Positions 16,484-26,055 of a stretch of DNA of 42,942 nucleotides are shown piece after piece (the stretch's first letter is position 1; each line of letters opens with the position of its first letter). The stretch spans positions 1-42,942 of IMG/VR virus record IMGVR_UViG_3300045999_003241; one strand, written 5' to 3'. Source of the stretch: a virus. Lineage: Duplodnaviria; Caudoviricetes. The notes below the pieces were generated by a model. It worked only from the letters and a program-made list of their open reading frames with translations, was not told the origin of the DNA and did no database searches. A program made the position numbers and the translations under genes.

Positions 16484-17482
16484 ATGAGTATCGAGAATGA
16501 AGAATTAGAAGTCGCCAACGTGGAAATCATCGCTGAAAAGCCAGTGATCGAACGAGCGCCAGAAGATGAAGAATTAGATTTAAACGATCCACGGGCAGCG
16601 ATTTACGCCAAACGTGATGCTCAGTTAAAGGCTCAAGCAGAAGGTGAAGCGGCTAATTCAGCGCCAGCACCGACAGTTGTAGCAGAAACAAAGACCGATG
16701 AAGTAACAGTTGTTATCAACGGCAAGGAAAAACTTGTATCTCAAGCACGGATTGACGCAGCAGGCGGTGTTGTAGCGTATCAAAAGCAAGCAGCAGCGAG
16801 CGAATTGCTCAATCAGGCCAGTGCAGAAGCGCGGCGAGTGCGAGAACAAGAGGCGCAGATTATCGAACGTGAGCGGCAATTGTCGTTACGTGAGCAAGAG
16901 ATTCAGAATCAAAGTTTTAGAACACCAGCGCCATCCAACACGGACGCGCTAAGCACGGCAAAGGAGTATCACGAAGCAATACTTGATGGCGACATGGATA
17001 AAGCCAGTCGCTTACTTCTTCAAATTCAAGCAGCGCAATCAGTTGCTACTGTTGATAAGAATGAAGTGGCGAATGAAGCAGTCCGTCGGGCTAGACAAGA
17101 GCTAGAAATGGAACGAGCGCGGCAAGAGCAGCAGCAGTTTGAGATTGAGCGACAAGAAGCAAACTTCGATTTTGAAGCGCGTTTCCCATTAGTTGCCGAT
17201 GATCCCAAACTTCGCGCATTAGCGAATCAGGAAACGATCGCTTTGCAGGCAGCTCATCCAACGTGGACTCCAAAAGAAATCATTACCGCAGCAGCGCAAT
17301 CAGTTCAGAACTGGGCATCGGAACGCTTAGCTATTTCGTCCACAGATCAGAAATTGGCAGCAAAGCGCGGCACAAGCAACATTCGCGGGGGTTCGGTAGT
17401 AGCTGCACAGCGGCAAGCACCAGCACCACAAACCAAAAGTAACTATGTAGAGCAACTACGCAAAGCGCGTGGGCTTGAATAA
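16484..17482 (+). CDS. Capsid scaffolding protein
   Basis: Acidic coiled coil with VVINGKE motif and basic C-terminal helix; precedes the capsid gene. Confidence 0.8.
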   Translation: MSIENEELEVANVEIIAEKPVIERAPEDEELDLNDPRAAIYAKRDAQLKAQAEGEAANSAPAPTVVAETKTDEVTVVINGKEKLVSQARIDAAGGVVAYQKQAAASELLNQASAEARRVREQEAQIIERERQLSLREQEIQNQSFRTPAPSNTDALSTAKEYHEAILDGDMDKASRLLLQIQAAQSVATVDKNEVANEAVRRARQELEMERARQEQQQFEIERQEANFDFEARFPLVADDPKLRALANQETIALQAAHPTWTPKEIITAAAQSVQNWASERLAISSTDQKLAAKRGTSNIRGGSVVAAQRQAPAPQTKSNYVEQLRKARGLE

Positions 17483-17494
17483 AGGAGAATCAAA

Positions 17495-18442
17495 ATGGCA
17501 GGTCAAGTATGGGGCACGAACTCAGCAGGCGGCTTTATGTACGCCGATCAACTCACGACTGTATTGCGTACAGCATTGCAGCCAATGAGCCGTTTTCAAC
17601 AACACTGTGACGCTGATGATTTCAGCGACAAAGGCTACAACAAGGGCGACACATTCCGTTGGAACGTGTATAGCGACGTTGGCACTCAAGGCGGTCGATT
17701 GAGCGAAACTTCGGTTATGCCTGAAACCAACTTCACAATCACTCAAGGTAGCGGCACGATCTCAGAATTTGGTAATTCTGTACCGTACTCCGGTGTATTG
17801 GATGATTTGAGCGCACAACCAGTTAAACAAATTATTCACAAAGCGTTGAAAAACGATGCGAATAAGGCGTTTGAAGCGGAAGCACGCGCACAGTTCGCCG
17901 CTACTAAGTTGACGGTCACACCAGTATCAGGCACTAGCACCACAGCTATCACGCTCGAAACAACTGGCACTGCGACTGCAACTAATAACGTGGCAATGAA
18001 CACTGCTCACGTTAAAGCGATCGCGGATCAAATGAAAGAGCGCAACATTCCAGTGTATGCCGATGGTAACTATCGCGCTATTGGTCGTCCTAGCACTTTC
18101 CGCCAAGTTAAGAATGATCTGGAAGCAGTCCATTCTTATACGCAAGAAGGCTTTGGCATGATCTTGAAAGGCGAAGTCGGTCGTTCTTATGAAGGCATCC
18201 GCTTCTTTGAACAAACCACAGTGGCATCACGCGCATGGACTAATGCTAAGTCTGACGAAGCATTCTTCTTCGGTGAAGATACCGTGATTGAAGCGATCGT
18301 ATGCCCACCGGAAATTCGCGGCAAATTGCCTGGCGATTATGGCCGTGACAAAGGTGTTGCATGGTACGCATTGGAAGGTTTCGCCTTGGTACACACAGCA
18401 GCAGCACAAGCCCGAATCATCAAATGGGCTTCCGCAGCTTAA
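17495..18442 (+). CDS. Major capsid protein
   Basis: AAGGAG SD; EFGNSVPYSG and GEVG..EGIRFFE motifs; synteny. Confidence 0.88.
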   Translation: MAGQVWGTNSAGGFMYADQLTTVLRTALQPMSRFQQHCDADDFSDKGYNKGDTFRWNVYSDVGTQGGRLSETSVMPETNFTITQGSGTISEFGNSVPYSGVLDDLSAQPVKQIIHKALKNDANKAFEAEARAQFAATKLTVTPVSGTSTTAITLETTGTATATNNVAMNTAHVKAIADQMKERNIPVYADGNYRAIGRPSTFRQVKNDLEAVHSYTQEGFGMILKGEVGRSYEGIRFFEQTTVASRAWTNAKSDEAFFFGEDTVIEAIVCPPEIRGKLPGDYGRDKGVAWYALEGFALVHTAAAQARIIKWASAA

Positions 18443-18469
18443 TCACTCAAAAGACAAGGAGAAAACGAA

Positions 18470-18859
18470 ATGTCTTACTCACAACCGCAACAAATCACCT
18501 ATACAACAGGTGCAATCACTACGACAGCAGGCGCGGCAACATTGCCTATTCGTGGTCCTAAAGGCAAACAGGGCCGTGTTGTTGACATCATTGCTCGATG
18601 CACGACAACGCATGTCCTCGGTTCAACGCCAACTAAGTTAGAAGTTGGTGTATCTGGCACGGTAGGCGCGTATGCAACGTTCTTGCCTGCTGCGATGACT
18701 GCGCCAACAGCGGCAACCTTGACTGATTTACCTGGCGCTTCTGTACTCACTACGACAGTGATTCCAGAAAATACGCAGGTTATCTTGACCACGACTGCAA
18801 ATGCTGGTGGTTCGCCTGCTGGTGTCATCACGTATGACGTAATCATTAATTGGTTCTAA
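18470..18859 (+). CDS. Putative capsid decoration/cement protein
   Basis: Thr-rich beta protein immediately after the capsid gene; strong SD. Confidence 0.6.
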   Translation: MSYSQPQQITYTTGAITTTAGAATLPIRGPKGKQGRVVDIIARCTTTHVLGSTPTKLEVGVSGTVGAYATFLPAAMTAPTAATLTDLPGASVLTTTVIPENTQVILTTTANAGGSPAGVITYDVIINWF

Positions 18860-18870
18860 GGAGAACGAAC

Positions 18871-19062
18871 ATGCAACACGCAAAAATGAAAGAAGTTAAG
18901 GCTTCTAAATCCTCTGATTCCGCTTCTGAATTGGGCTTGGTATCCAAAGAAAAATTGGATTACAAAAACATTCGTGGCGAAACAAGCGAAGAAACACAGC
19001 GCCCAATGCACAAAGAAACGTCTGAAAAGACTGATCGCGGTACTTTCCAGTACAAGGGCTAA
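18871..19062 (+). CDS. Hypothetical protein
   Basis: TAAGGAG SD before ATG 18871. Confidence 0.65.
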   Translation: MQHAKMKEVKASKSSDSASELGLVSKEKLDYKNIRGETSEETQRPMHKETSEKTDRGTFQYKG

Positions 19063-19075
19063 CAAGTAGTAACAC

Positions 19076-19107
19076 TCCCGCCGGTAGAAATGCTGGCGGG
19101 ATTCTTT
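19076..19107 (+). terminator. Probable terminator/attenuator after the capsid module
   Basis: TCCCGCCGGTA-GAAA-TGCTGGCGGGA followed by TTCTTT. Confidence 0.6.
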
Positions 19108-19118
19108 AGGGGGGATTT

Positions 19119-19316
19119 ATGAGCAATAAGCGATCACCTGCAACAGATTCAAGCATGAACTCAATGAACGATCAGCGTATGTGTTGCGATGAAAAATACA
19201 CATTGCCGACTGATTATTCACTCAACATGAACCGACCATATACGAAGCAAGACGCGACACCAACAAATGTCGATGCAGCTTTTAATGCTGGCTTGGTACT
19301 ACGTCAAAAACTCTAA
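19119..19316 (+). CDS. Hypothetical protein
   Basis: G-rich SD; in operon. Confidence 0.55.
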   Translation: MSNKRSPATDSSMNSMNDQRMCCDEKYTLPTDYSLNMNRPYTKQDATPTNVDAAFNAGLVLRQKL

Positions 19317-19327
19317 TTGGTGAAACC

Positions 19328-19648
19328 ATGACACTAGAAGAACTCAAGGCAACGCATTGGGCCACATTAAAAAAAATGGTTGAAGATGCCGGTGGCACGT
19401 ATGAGGACAAAGAAAGCTCAATTCAATTCCTCATTGATGCAAACGCAGTAACCACAGTTGATTCACCAGTTGAAGATATTCCGACTGTAAAACTCGATGC
19501 GCCTGTATTGGTTGCAAATAAGAAGTCATCTATCACGCTAGATAAGTCGCGTCCATTCGGTGAAATCTTCGGTGAAGTCGAAGGCTATCCAAATGCACGA
19601 TATACACAAGGCGATCACATTTTTAATTCTCTAGGCGAGAAAATCTAA
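19328..19648 (+). CDS. Hypothetical protein with an N-terminal helix-extension-helix-like module
   Basis: LEELKATHWATLKKMVEDAGG; abuts the adaptor gene. Confidence 0.6.
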   Translation: MTLEELKATHWATLKKMVEDAGGTYEDKESSIQFLIDANAVTTVDSPVEDIPTVKLDAPVLVANKKSSITLDKSRPFGEIFGEVEGYPNARYTQGDHIFNSLGEKI

Positions 19649-20341
19649 ATGGCAAAGTCCACATTCCTCGAATTATGTAAAGCGGCGCGGCGTGCTTGCG
19701 GCATCACTGGCACCGGTCCGACTACTGTCACAGGTAACACTGGCGACTATGAAAAACTCGTGGAATGGGTTGCTTTGGCAGATCAAGAACTGCAAAGTCG
19801 CTGGTTTGATTGGGATTTTCTGCACGTTTCAACATGGTCCACATCGACTATCGTAGGAGTGCCGACAGTCATAGCACCGGACAATATTGGCTCATGGGAT
19901 ACAGATTCGTTTTATCTGAATTACACATTGCCAACAGGTACAAAGCTCACGTCAATGGACTACAAAGAGTGGCGCAAAACGTTAAGGCAAGGCACGCAAA
20001 CAAATCAGCGACCAACTGTAATAGTTGTTAAGCCCGACTTATCGTTAATCCTTCAATCGCCGCCTGACGCCGTTTATACATTGACTGCCGACTACTGGAA
20101 AAAACCAGCGAAGATGACCGCCAATAACGATACGTCGCCAATTCCAGAAGAATATGAACGCATTATTATTGCGCGCGCCAAGATGATGTATGCCGAAGAT
20201 GGCGGTTCGATGGTGTTGCTACAGTCTGCGCAAATCGAGTATGACGATCTACTTGATAAGTTGGAAGCCAAGTATTTACCGTCTCAGCGCAACATGAAAA
20301 GAATGTCTGATGCTGGCATGTTAGTTGTGAGACCTGAATAA
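19649..20341 (+). CDS. Head-tail adaptor (tail tubular A-like)
   Basis: TFLELC, WDFL and PDAVY...IPEEY motifs; synteny. Confidence 0.8.
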   Translation: MAKSTFLELCKAARRACGITGTGPTTVTGNTGDYEKLVEWVALADQELQSRWFDWDFLHVSTWSTSTIVGVPTVIAPDNIGSWDTDSFYLNYTLPTGTKLTSMDYKEWRKTLRQGTQTNQRPTVIVVKPDLSLILQSPPDAVYTLTADYWKKPAKMTANNDTSPIPEEYERIIIARAKMMYAEDGGSMVLLQSAQIEYDDLLDKLEAKYLPSQRNMKRMSDAGMLVVRPE

Positions 20342-22422
20342 TGGGTCGCATCGTTCCTAACAAGCGGCAACGGGCGCCAAACATCGAACAGACAAGCACC
20401 GAGTTCGTTAAGTTCAATGGTGGCGTGGATCAGGTAACACCGTCAATTGCGATTCCTGCTGGTGCTGCTATCACTGCGCAAAACTATGAGCCTGGCATGC
20501 TTGGCGGGTTCAAGCGTATTGACGGTTACGAGATTTACAGCGGCAAGCCTTCACCCTCATCTGCTATTTACTTGTATTGCACCGTCAATTTAAGCGGCGC
20601 CGTGGCAGTTGGCGACACAATCACAGGCTTAACAAGTGGCGCGACTGGTAAGGTCATTGCCATGAGTACGGGCGTATTGATCGTTACTAAGGTCACAGGC
20701 ACGTTTTCATCCGCGACTGAATCATTCCAAGTTGCAGCGGTCACAGTTGGCGCGATGACTTCATTGCCTACGCCTAGAGGATCACCGACAGGCTATGAAG
20801 ATGCGGTTTACATGAACGCAGCAGCAGATGATTATCGGGCAGATATTGCGGCACCGTCAGGCAGTGGGGCTATTCGTGGCGTGGCTTTGCTTCGTGGCGT
20901 GCTTTACTGTTTCCGAGACAATGCAGGCGGCACGGCGGGGCAGATTTATAAGGCGACATCAAGTGGATGGTCTTTAATCACTCTCTATAGTTCAATCAAT
21001 TTTAGTGCTGGCAATGCCTATATTGCAGACGGTACGACTGTTACGCAGGTAACATCTGGCGCAACTGGCGTTGTTAAAAGACAGGTATTAGAAACTGGAT
21101 CATTCGGCAGTAGTACCGCGACAGGTAAGCTCATTCTTACATCGGTAACGGGAACTTTCAACGCGACAGATGTATTGCAGGTTGGTGGCGTGACTAAAGC
21201 AACAGCATCAAGCCTATTGACTGCAATCACGATTTCACCGGGCGGCAAGTACGAAACGACACAATACAACTTTGCAGGCTCGCAAGATACGATGCGGCTT
21301 TATGGTTGCGACGGTGTAAATAAGGCTTTCGAGTTTGACGGTGATGTTTATATCCCGATTACTACCGGCATGAGTCCCGATACGCCTAGTCATATCATCA
21401 CGCATAAGAAAATGCTGCACTTGTCATTCCGTGCATCGTTACAGAGCTCAGCTATTGGCTTTCCGTTTCAATGGACTGCAATATCTGGTGCTAATGAAAT
21501 CGGCATGGGCGAAGATATTAGCGGCATGTTGACGCAGCCGGGCGATGTCATGGCGATTGCTACGCGCAACAGTACGAATCAGTTGCAAGGTTCCTCTGTC
21601 GCTAGTTTCGTCCTCGCGTCTATCTCGCCTGAAATTGGCGCTATTCCATACAGTATGCAAAACTTAGGTGTAGCTTATTGGCTGGATGATCGCGGTGTCA
21701 TTCAGATTACCCGAAGCCAGAACTACGGTAACTTCGACAATGCGACAGTCAGCCGCAAAGTACAAAAGATGATTGACGCGATACGGGCTGTCTTTGTGAC
21801 TTCTACCGTGTATCGAAACCGCAATCAAGTACGCTTTTACGGTAGCGATGGTACAGGCATCATCATGGCTGTGGTGGACGGTGCGAACGGGCAAGAGCAT
21901 CACTTTTCTAGTTTCAAATATCCGATCAATGTCACTTGCGCAGTATCGGGCGAAGATGCGAATGGGCGTGATGTAGTCTTTCTCGGTGCGAGTAATGGCA
22001 AGGTCTATCAAGCGGATCGTGGAAGTAGTTTCGACGGTGAAGAAATCGAAGCCTTTGTGCGTACTTCATTCAATCATTCCAAGTCGCCAAGTTTCATCAA
22101 GCGATACCGCAAAGCGACACTAGAAGCATCGGCAGACAACTATTCGACAATACGCATTCACCCTGATTTTTCTTATGGTGAACCTGGTGTCAGTCAGCAT
22201 TTAATTCAAAACACAGAGATACAAGGATCGGGCGGCGTTTATGACGTGTCGTTCTATGAATCCTGCTACTACGACAGCCGTGTAGTTTCATCGCCTGAGA
22301 TCAGTATTGACGGAACAGGGACTAATATAGGCTTTGTTTTATACAGTAAATCAGACATTGATTTAGGCCACATTCTGCAAGGTATCACTACGCATTTTTC
22401 GCCACGTCGATTAAAAAGATAA
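20341..22422 (+). CDS. Tail nozzle/stabilisation protein (tail tubular B / P22 gp10-like)
   Basis: FNGG N-terminus, beta-rich propeller-like body, KRYRK near the C-terminus; follows the adaptor. Confidence 0.75.
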   Translation: MGRIVPNKRQRAPNIEQTSTEFVKFNGGVDQVTPSIAIPAGAAITAQNYEPGMLGGFKRIDGYEIYSGKPSPSSAIYLYCTVNLSGAVAVGDTITGLTSGATGKVIAMSTGVLIVTKVTGTFSSATESFQVAAVTVGAMTSLPTPRGSPTGYEDAVYMNAAADDYRADIAAPSGSGAIRGVALLRGVLYCFRDNAGGTAGQIYKATSSGWSLITLYSSINFSAGNAYIADGTTVTQVTSGATGVVKRQVLETGSFGSSTATGKLILTSVTGTFNATDVLQVGGVTKATASSLLTAITISPGGKYETTQYNFAGSQDTMRLYGCDGVNKAFEFDGDVYIPITTGMSPDTPSHIITHKKMLHLSFRASLQSSAIGFPFQWTAISGANEIGMGEDISGMLTQPGDVMAIATRNSTNQLQGSSVASFVLASISPEIGAIPYSMQNLGVAYWLDDRGVIQITRSQNYGNFDNATVSRKVQKMIDAIRAVFVTSTVYRNRNQVRFYGSDGTGIIMAVVDGANGQEHHFSSFKYPINVTCAVSGEDANGRDVVFLGASNGKVYQADRGSSFDGEEIEAFVRTSFNHSKSPSFIKRYRKATLEASADNYSTIRIHPDFSYGEPGVSQHLIQNTEIQGSGGVYDVSFYESCYYDSRVVSSPEISIDGTGTNIGFVLYSKSDIDLGHILQGITTHFSPRRLKR

Positions 22423-22434
22423 GAAGGAAAAAGT

Positions 22435-25035
22435 ATGTCAACTTATAACAGTCCGATCGATGTAGTCGCGGCTACGCTGGTTCGCTCATCGAACATTAAT
22501 GATCTTGATGCAGCAACGGCAAATGCTTTTGCGTTACTGCCAGATGAAACCTTACTAAAGCAAGGTAAGGTCATGTATGCGGAAGATACAGGGACCGCAA
22601 ATACTTACATTGCGACTTTGCCAGTATCGCCTGTTGGCTATGTTGATGGACTAGCTTTAACCTTCAAAGCAGACAATGCCAATACAGGCGCATGCACGGT
22701 CAACGTCAATACTCTAGGAGTGAAAGCGATTGCGCGTGAGGATGGTACTGATTTAGTTTCTGGTGACATCGTTGCAGGTCAAATGTGTACGATTCGCTAT
22801 AGCACGACATCGGGTAAATTCCAATTGGAAGGCACGAACGCATCTAGCAGTGCATCAGCGGCGGCAGCATCAGCAGCTACAGCGACGACAAAAGCAAGTG
22901 AAGCAGATGCAAGCGCAATTGCTGCGGCTTTAAGTGAATCCAACGCAGCATCAAGCGCAGGATCAGCATCGACTAGCGCGGGAACGGCGACAACGAAAGC
23001 CAGTGAAGCCAATGATAGCGCGATTGCGGCAGCAGCGAGCGAAGCAGCAGCAGCGGCAAGTTATGATTCTTTCGATGATCGCTATTTAGGCGCAAAAGCA
23101 TCTGCGCCAACTGTTGATAATGACGGAAACGCACTGATCACAGGCGCTTTGTATTTCAACACCACAACGAATTACACGTATGTCAGAACGGCTGGCGGCA
23201 CATGGCAACTAATGACGCAAGTTGCAGGTGTTTCAAGTCTTAACGGGGAGACAGGCGATTTGACATTAAACGGTGGTGCCGTTGCAGATTTTCTTGCGTC
23301 AGGGACTTACACAGTACCGACCACGGCAACATTTGTCGAAGTTCACGCTTATGGCGCGGGTGGCGGCGGTGCTTCTGGTCGCCGTGGTGCATCTTCATCT
23401 TTGCGTACTGGCGGCGGTGGTGGTGGTGGCGGCGCTTTGGTTACTCGCAGATTTAAAGTATCTGAAATCACATCGACTGTCGCGGTAACGATTGGCGCGG
23501 GTGGCGCGGGTGGCGCTGCGGTTACGGCAGATAGCACGAACGGCAACGCTGGATCAGTAGGCGGAAATTCTACCTTTGGTAGTTACGTTACTGCTTATGG
23601 TGGCGGTGGTGGTGTTGGTGGCACATCTAGCACTGCAAACGGTGGCGGCGGTGGTGGAGTTTCAGGGGCAGGCGCAAGCAACGGTAATGGCGGCAGTCCG
23701 TTAGTAACAGCTGCATCAACTACGACACAGCAGTTTGGTGGTGGTAGTGGCGCAGCATCTAGCGCAGAGGGTAAAAACTCAACTTATGGCGGTGGTGGCG
23801 GCGGCTACGAAGATATGACAAATCAAGCAGGTGGAACATCGGTTTTCGCTGGTGGTGGCGGGGCTGGCGGTGCTGGTATTAGTACGTCAAATACCATTAT
23901 CGTGACAATGAGCGCAGGCGGTACCAATGGCGCGGCTTCGACAAATACATCAAATCAACTTGCAATCAATGGTGTTGCAGGCGCGGCATTTACGGGCGGT
24001 CAGGGTGGTAGTGCTGTAGTTTTGAATACCTCACTTGCATTTACTCAAGTCGCGTTTGGAAACTCAAAGTATGTGGCATTGTCTTTAGTGGCTGGTACTG
24101 GCAACTATCTAATATCTACAAGCACAAACGGCACTACGGGTTGGGGCGTTCAGCCTTTACCAACGACTACGTTTATACCGACAAATCATTTTTACGATGG
24201 GTCAAAGTGGGTTTTTTACGGTGCAACTCAAATCTACACAACAACGGATTTAGTTAATTTCACGTTAAGAACGGCACCATTTGCCAATCTTAATCATATT
24301 GCTTTTGCTGGGGGGGTGTATGTCGCGGTTGGTGCTGGCGGGGTAATTAGCACATCAACCGACTTAACTACTTGGACTTCAAGAACATCTGGCACGGCGC
24401 AAAATATAGCTGCTGTAATTCACAACGGAACAAAATGGATTGCGGTTGGTAGCACTGGCGTAACCTTAACATCGACAGACGCAATCACATGGACGCTAGT
24501 AACTGTATCTGGCACTCCGTCATTTTATTCTGTTGCTGCCAATGGCGCATCACTCGTTGCGCACTCTGGTACATCGCCATTTGCCCACTACTCGACCGAT
24601 ACAGGCGCAACATGGACTGCTGCAACAACAGTATTGGCAAGTGGTGCCAGTGTAACTAATAACAAAGGCCTGATCTACGCAGGCGGCAGATTCGTTTGTA
24701 TTTCAGGCTCAGCTTTGTACACGTCAACAGATGGCGGCATCAATTGGACTACACAGACTGATGGAACGACAGATACATATTCTGGCATTGCCCACGACGG
24801 AACGACCTATGTCGTGGGCAGTAATACGGCAAACGGTAATGTATGTATTAGCTCAACAGATGCGGCGGCATGGACTGCGCGAACATTCACGGACGGTAGA
24901 ACTCATGCGGCTGGTGCTGGTGGTGCTGGCGGTATCGCGGCTGGTGGCGGTGGTGGCGCGGCTTCTATCAATGGTACAAATTCTGGTGCTGGTGCTGCTG
25001 GCGGCAATGGCTTTATTCGCGTTTTCTCATGGTGA
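22435..25035 (+). CDS. Tail fibre/receptor-binding protein (Ala-rich stalk, Gly-rich domain with inserted beta-propeller)
   Basis: SFDDRYLGAK...GALYFN, GAGGGG repeats, STDxxTWT Asp-box-like repeats and terminal GGNGFIRV. Confidence 0.85.
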   Translation: MSTYNSPIDVVAATLVRSSNINDLDAATANAFALLPDETLLKQGKVMYAEDTGTANTYIATLPVSPVGYVDGLALTFKADNANTGACTVNVNTLGVKAIAREDGTDLVSGDIVAGQMCTIRYSTTSGKFQLEGTNASSSASAAAASAATATTKASEADASAIAAALSESNAASSAGSASTSAGTATTKASEANDSAIAAAASEAAAAASYDSFDDRYLGAKASAPTVDNDGNALITGALYFNTTTNYTYVRTAGGTWQLMTQVAGVSSLNGETGDLTLNGGAVADFLASGTYTVPTTATFVEVHAYGAGGGGASGRRGASSSLRTGGGGGGGGALVTRRFKVSEITSTVAVTIGAGGAGGAAVTADSTNGNAGSVGGNSTFGSYVTAYGGGGGVGGTSSTANGGGGGGVSGAGASNGNGGSPLVTAASTTTQQFGGGSGAASSAEGKNSTYGGGGGGYEDMTNQAGGTSVFAGGGGAGGAGISTSNTIIVTMSAGGTNGAASTNTSNQLAINGVAGAAFTGGQGGSAVVLNTSLAFTQVAFGNSKYVALSLVAGTGNYLISTSTNGTTGWGVQPLPTTTFIPTNHFYDGSKWVFYGATQIYTTTDLVNFTLRTAPFANLNHIAFAGGVYVAVGAGGVISTSTDLTTWTSRTSGTAQNIAAVIHNGTKWIAVGSTGVTLTSTDAITWTLVTVSGTPSFYSVAANGASLVAHSGTSPFAHYSTDTGATWTAATTVLASGASVTNNKGLIYAGGRFVCISGSALYTSTDGGINWTTQTDGTTDTYSGIAHDGTTYVVGSNTANGNVCISSTDAAAWTARTFTDGRTHAAGAGGAGGIAAGGGGGAASINGTNSGAGAAGGNGFIRVFSW

Positions 25036-25040
25036 TCGAT

Positions 25041-25565
25041 ATGAAAAAATTTGCAGTAATTGAAAATGGGATTGTTTCAAATGTGATTGTGGCAGAGGAT
25101 GACTTTGCGCAATCGATTGGGGCAATCTTGATTAGCGGTGATGTTGTGATCGGTGATTTGTGGAATGGCACGTCATTTACTAAGCCTGCGCCAACTCCTT
25201 TTGATCGTGGCGCGGCTGTTAAGTCGATTGATAAGGCTGTGATGGCAGTGTACGAGAAGCCAATTGTGTTGGGCGATGAGTACAAGTTACGAGAAGCGGG
25301 AGCTGATGCATACAAAGCCGCAAACTATACGGGTACAGTTCCTTTGATTGTTCAGGGATTTGCGACACCGGCAGGATTAACGGCACGGGCAGCCACGGAT
25401 TTAATCCTCTCTCAGTCTGCGCAACTCCGCGGCGCACTATCTCAATTGGGCAATCTGCGTATGCAAAAGTACGCAGTAAGCACGGCATCAGCAGACGATC
25501 AAGCCAAAGCGATATTTGATTCGACAATGGCATCTATCGCGGCGATTGCTGCGGCGATTGCTTAA
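25041..25565 (+). CDS. Tail fibre assembly/accessory protein
   Basis: FAVIENGIVSNVIV...IGDLWNGTSF, typical of genes following Gly-rich fibres. Confidence 0.65.
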   Translation: MKKFAVIENGIVSNVIVAEDDFAQSIGAILISGDVVIGDLWNGTSFTKPAPTPFDRGAAVKSIDKAVMAVYEKPIVLGDEYKLREAGADAYKAANYTGTVPLIVQGFATPAGLTARAATDLILSQSAQLRGALSQLGNLRMQKYAVSTASADDQAKAIFDSTMASIAAIAAAIA

Positions 25566-25567
25566 TC

Positions 25568-26053
25568 ATGTTGGTCGCTCACTACATAGGCGATCACGCA
25601 AAGGATACGCTTTTAGTTCGGGCAGGCTGGTTTCTCACTAGACTTGCTCAAAAGGGCGAATACAAACACGTTACCCATTGCGAAGCGATCCACAAAGAGC
25701 ATTCCGATGGATCAGTCACAATCGCCAGTTCTTCACTCCGCGACAATGGCGTGAGGACAAAGCGCGTTAAGCTCAATCCTGCGCACTGGATGATCGTTGA
25801 CGTTCCTCAGTGGGACGTTAGACAGTCCATTAAATTCTTCAAAGAGCATGACCATGTTTTGTATGACATTCGCGGTGCATTGGCGACAGTGTTACCAGGT
25901 CGCGAGGATTCAAGCCGCATGTTTTGTAATGAGTCTGTCGGTGCATCTGTCGGACTAAAGACGCCACATTGTTTTCAGCCTGCGCAATTCGCAGCAATCA
26001 GCCTTTCTATTGGGTATGACGTGACTGAAAACTTCTTTAAATCAAGGAAATAA
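25568..26053 (+). CDS. Permuted papain-like (NlpC/P60, YiiX-like) hydrolase
   Basis: His (THCE) precedes Cys (FCNE), with a YD motif between them. Confidence 0.7.
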   Translation: MLVAHYIGDHAKDTLLVRAGWFLTRLAQKGEYKHVTHCEAIHKEHSDGSVTIASSSLRDNGVRTKRVKLNPAHWMIVDVPQWDVRQSIKFFKEHDHVLYDIRGALATVLPGREDSSRMFCNESVGASVGLKTPHCFQPAQFAAISLSIGYDVTENFFKSRK

Positions 26054-26055
26054 AA

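Noticed and set aside
22435-25565. Diversity-generating retroelement or invertible tail-fibre cassette
   Set aside because: No reverse transcriptase, invertase, template/variable repeat pair or inversion sites seen in the window.
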